Source of the DNA: Methanothrix sp.
GTDB lineage: Archaea; Halobacteriota; Methanosarcinia; Methanotrichales; Methanotrichaceae
Reading direction: 5' to 3'
Assembly: GCA_040770465.1 (NCBI GenBank)
Contig: JAXGJB010000038.1
Location: 1 to 26,294 of the forward strand
DNA: 26,294 nt
Part shown: positions 25,779 through 26,294 of the stretch, piece by piece
How the letters are laid out: each line of letters begins with the position of its first letter
Numbering within the stretch: the first letter of the stretch is position 1
Notes under the pieces: generated by a model
What the model saw: the letters and a program-made list of their open reading frames with translations, nothing else
What the model was told of the DNA's origin: nothing
The model's database searches: none
Program-made: the position numbers and the translations under genes

Positions 25779-25960
25779 TGGATAACCACCTTCTCCCGAG
25801 GAAACTACACATTCGTTCTGAAATGTTCTGAATGAGCTTGTTTGCGGGGAGATGCAGGTGATACCGTATATATCTGTTTTCACGAGGACGGTCGGATTCG
25901 TAAAATTGCGAGGCCCCTGAACGGAAAATTACACAAAGGGGGCGTGAATAAGCCCAGAAC

Positions 25961-26294
25961 ATGTTCAAAGAGCTGGCCAGCGCTTCCGAGTCCCTGAAAG
26001 CCCTCCAAAAAAGGTGCGGGCCCGTCGACCGGGCCGAGACGGTCCATCTCGCCGAAGCCAGAGGCAGAATCCTCTCCGAGGATGTGACCTCTCCCGCAAA
26101 CCTTCCCGGCTTCAATCGGGCCGCCATGGACGGGTACGCCGTTCGGGCGGCGGACACCAGGGGCGCCACCCCTCTCGCCCCCGTTTACCTCGATATCGCC
26201 GAGGAAGCCGGGGAGGGAAGGTGCGTTCCCGTGAGGACGGGGATGCCGGCGCCGCCGGGGTCGGACGCCGTCCTGATGTTGGAGGACGCCCTCC
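25961..26294 (+). CDS. moeA: Molybdopterin molybdotransferase, 3' truncated by window (absent from ORF track)
   Basis: Manual translation gives MFKELASASE...ARGRILSEDVTSPANLPGFNRAAMDGYAVRAADT...VRTGMPAPPGSDAVLMLED. Confidence 0.92.
   Translation, partial: MFKELASASESLKALQKRCGPVDRAETVHLAEARGRILSEDVTSPANLPGFNRAAMDGYAVRAADTRGATPLAPVYLDIAEEAGEGRCVPVRTGMPAPPGSDAVLMLEDAL

Noticed and set aside
25543-26169. 208-aa minus-strand ORF
   Set aside because: Composite of moeA antisense, intergenic DNA and a shifted ppsA frame.

Overview
High-GC (~60%) methanogenic-archaeal chromosome segment. Gene content suggests Methanotrichales (Methanothrix/Methanocrinis-like), which is an inference. Most of it is housekeeping: mfnF-like gene, site-2 protease, the KH/Dim2-rio1-aIF1A cluster, tRNA-Val(CAC), a cis-prenyltransferase, intron-containing tRNA-Arg(GCG), srp54, two radical SAM genes, the DUF39-CBS/NIL-ferredoxin homocysteine pair, an orphan pstS, cofH, an m5C RNA methyltransferase with a PUA-like partner, tandem TRAM genes, mfnA, ppsA and the start of moeA. 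The main accessory element is a ~2.9 kb AT-rich islet (~7260-10140). It holds a single 394-aa membrane-anchored gene with a PLD-fold-like C-terminus, split by a 1135-bp IS5-family element (TIRs plus ATTC target duplication); removing the element restores the frame exactly. Other notable signals: a probable CTG start for aIF1A, a hairpin over the transposase start codon, an unannotated coding-like relic at 2575-2802, a 12-bp tandem repeat with a possible uORF before srp54, a Cys-rich secreted protein with a foreign-looking internal segment, and a possible Zn-ribbon extension on the first TRAM gene. No database searches were run; family calls rest on recognised motifs.
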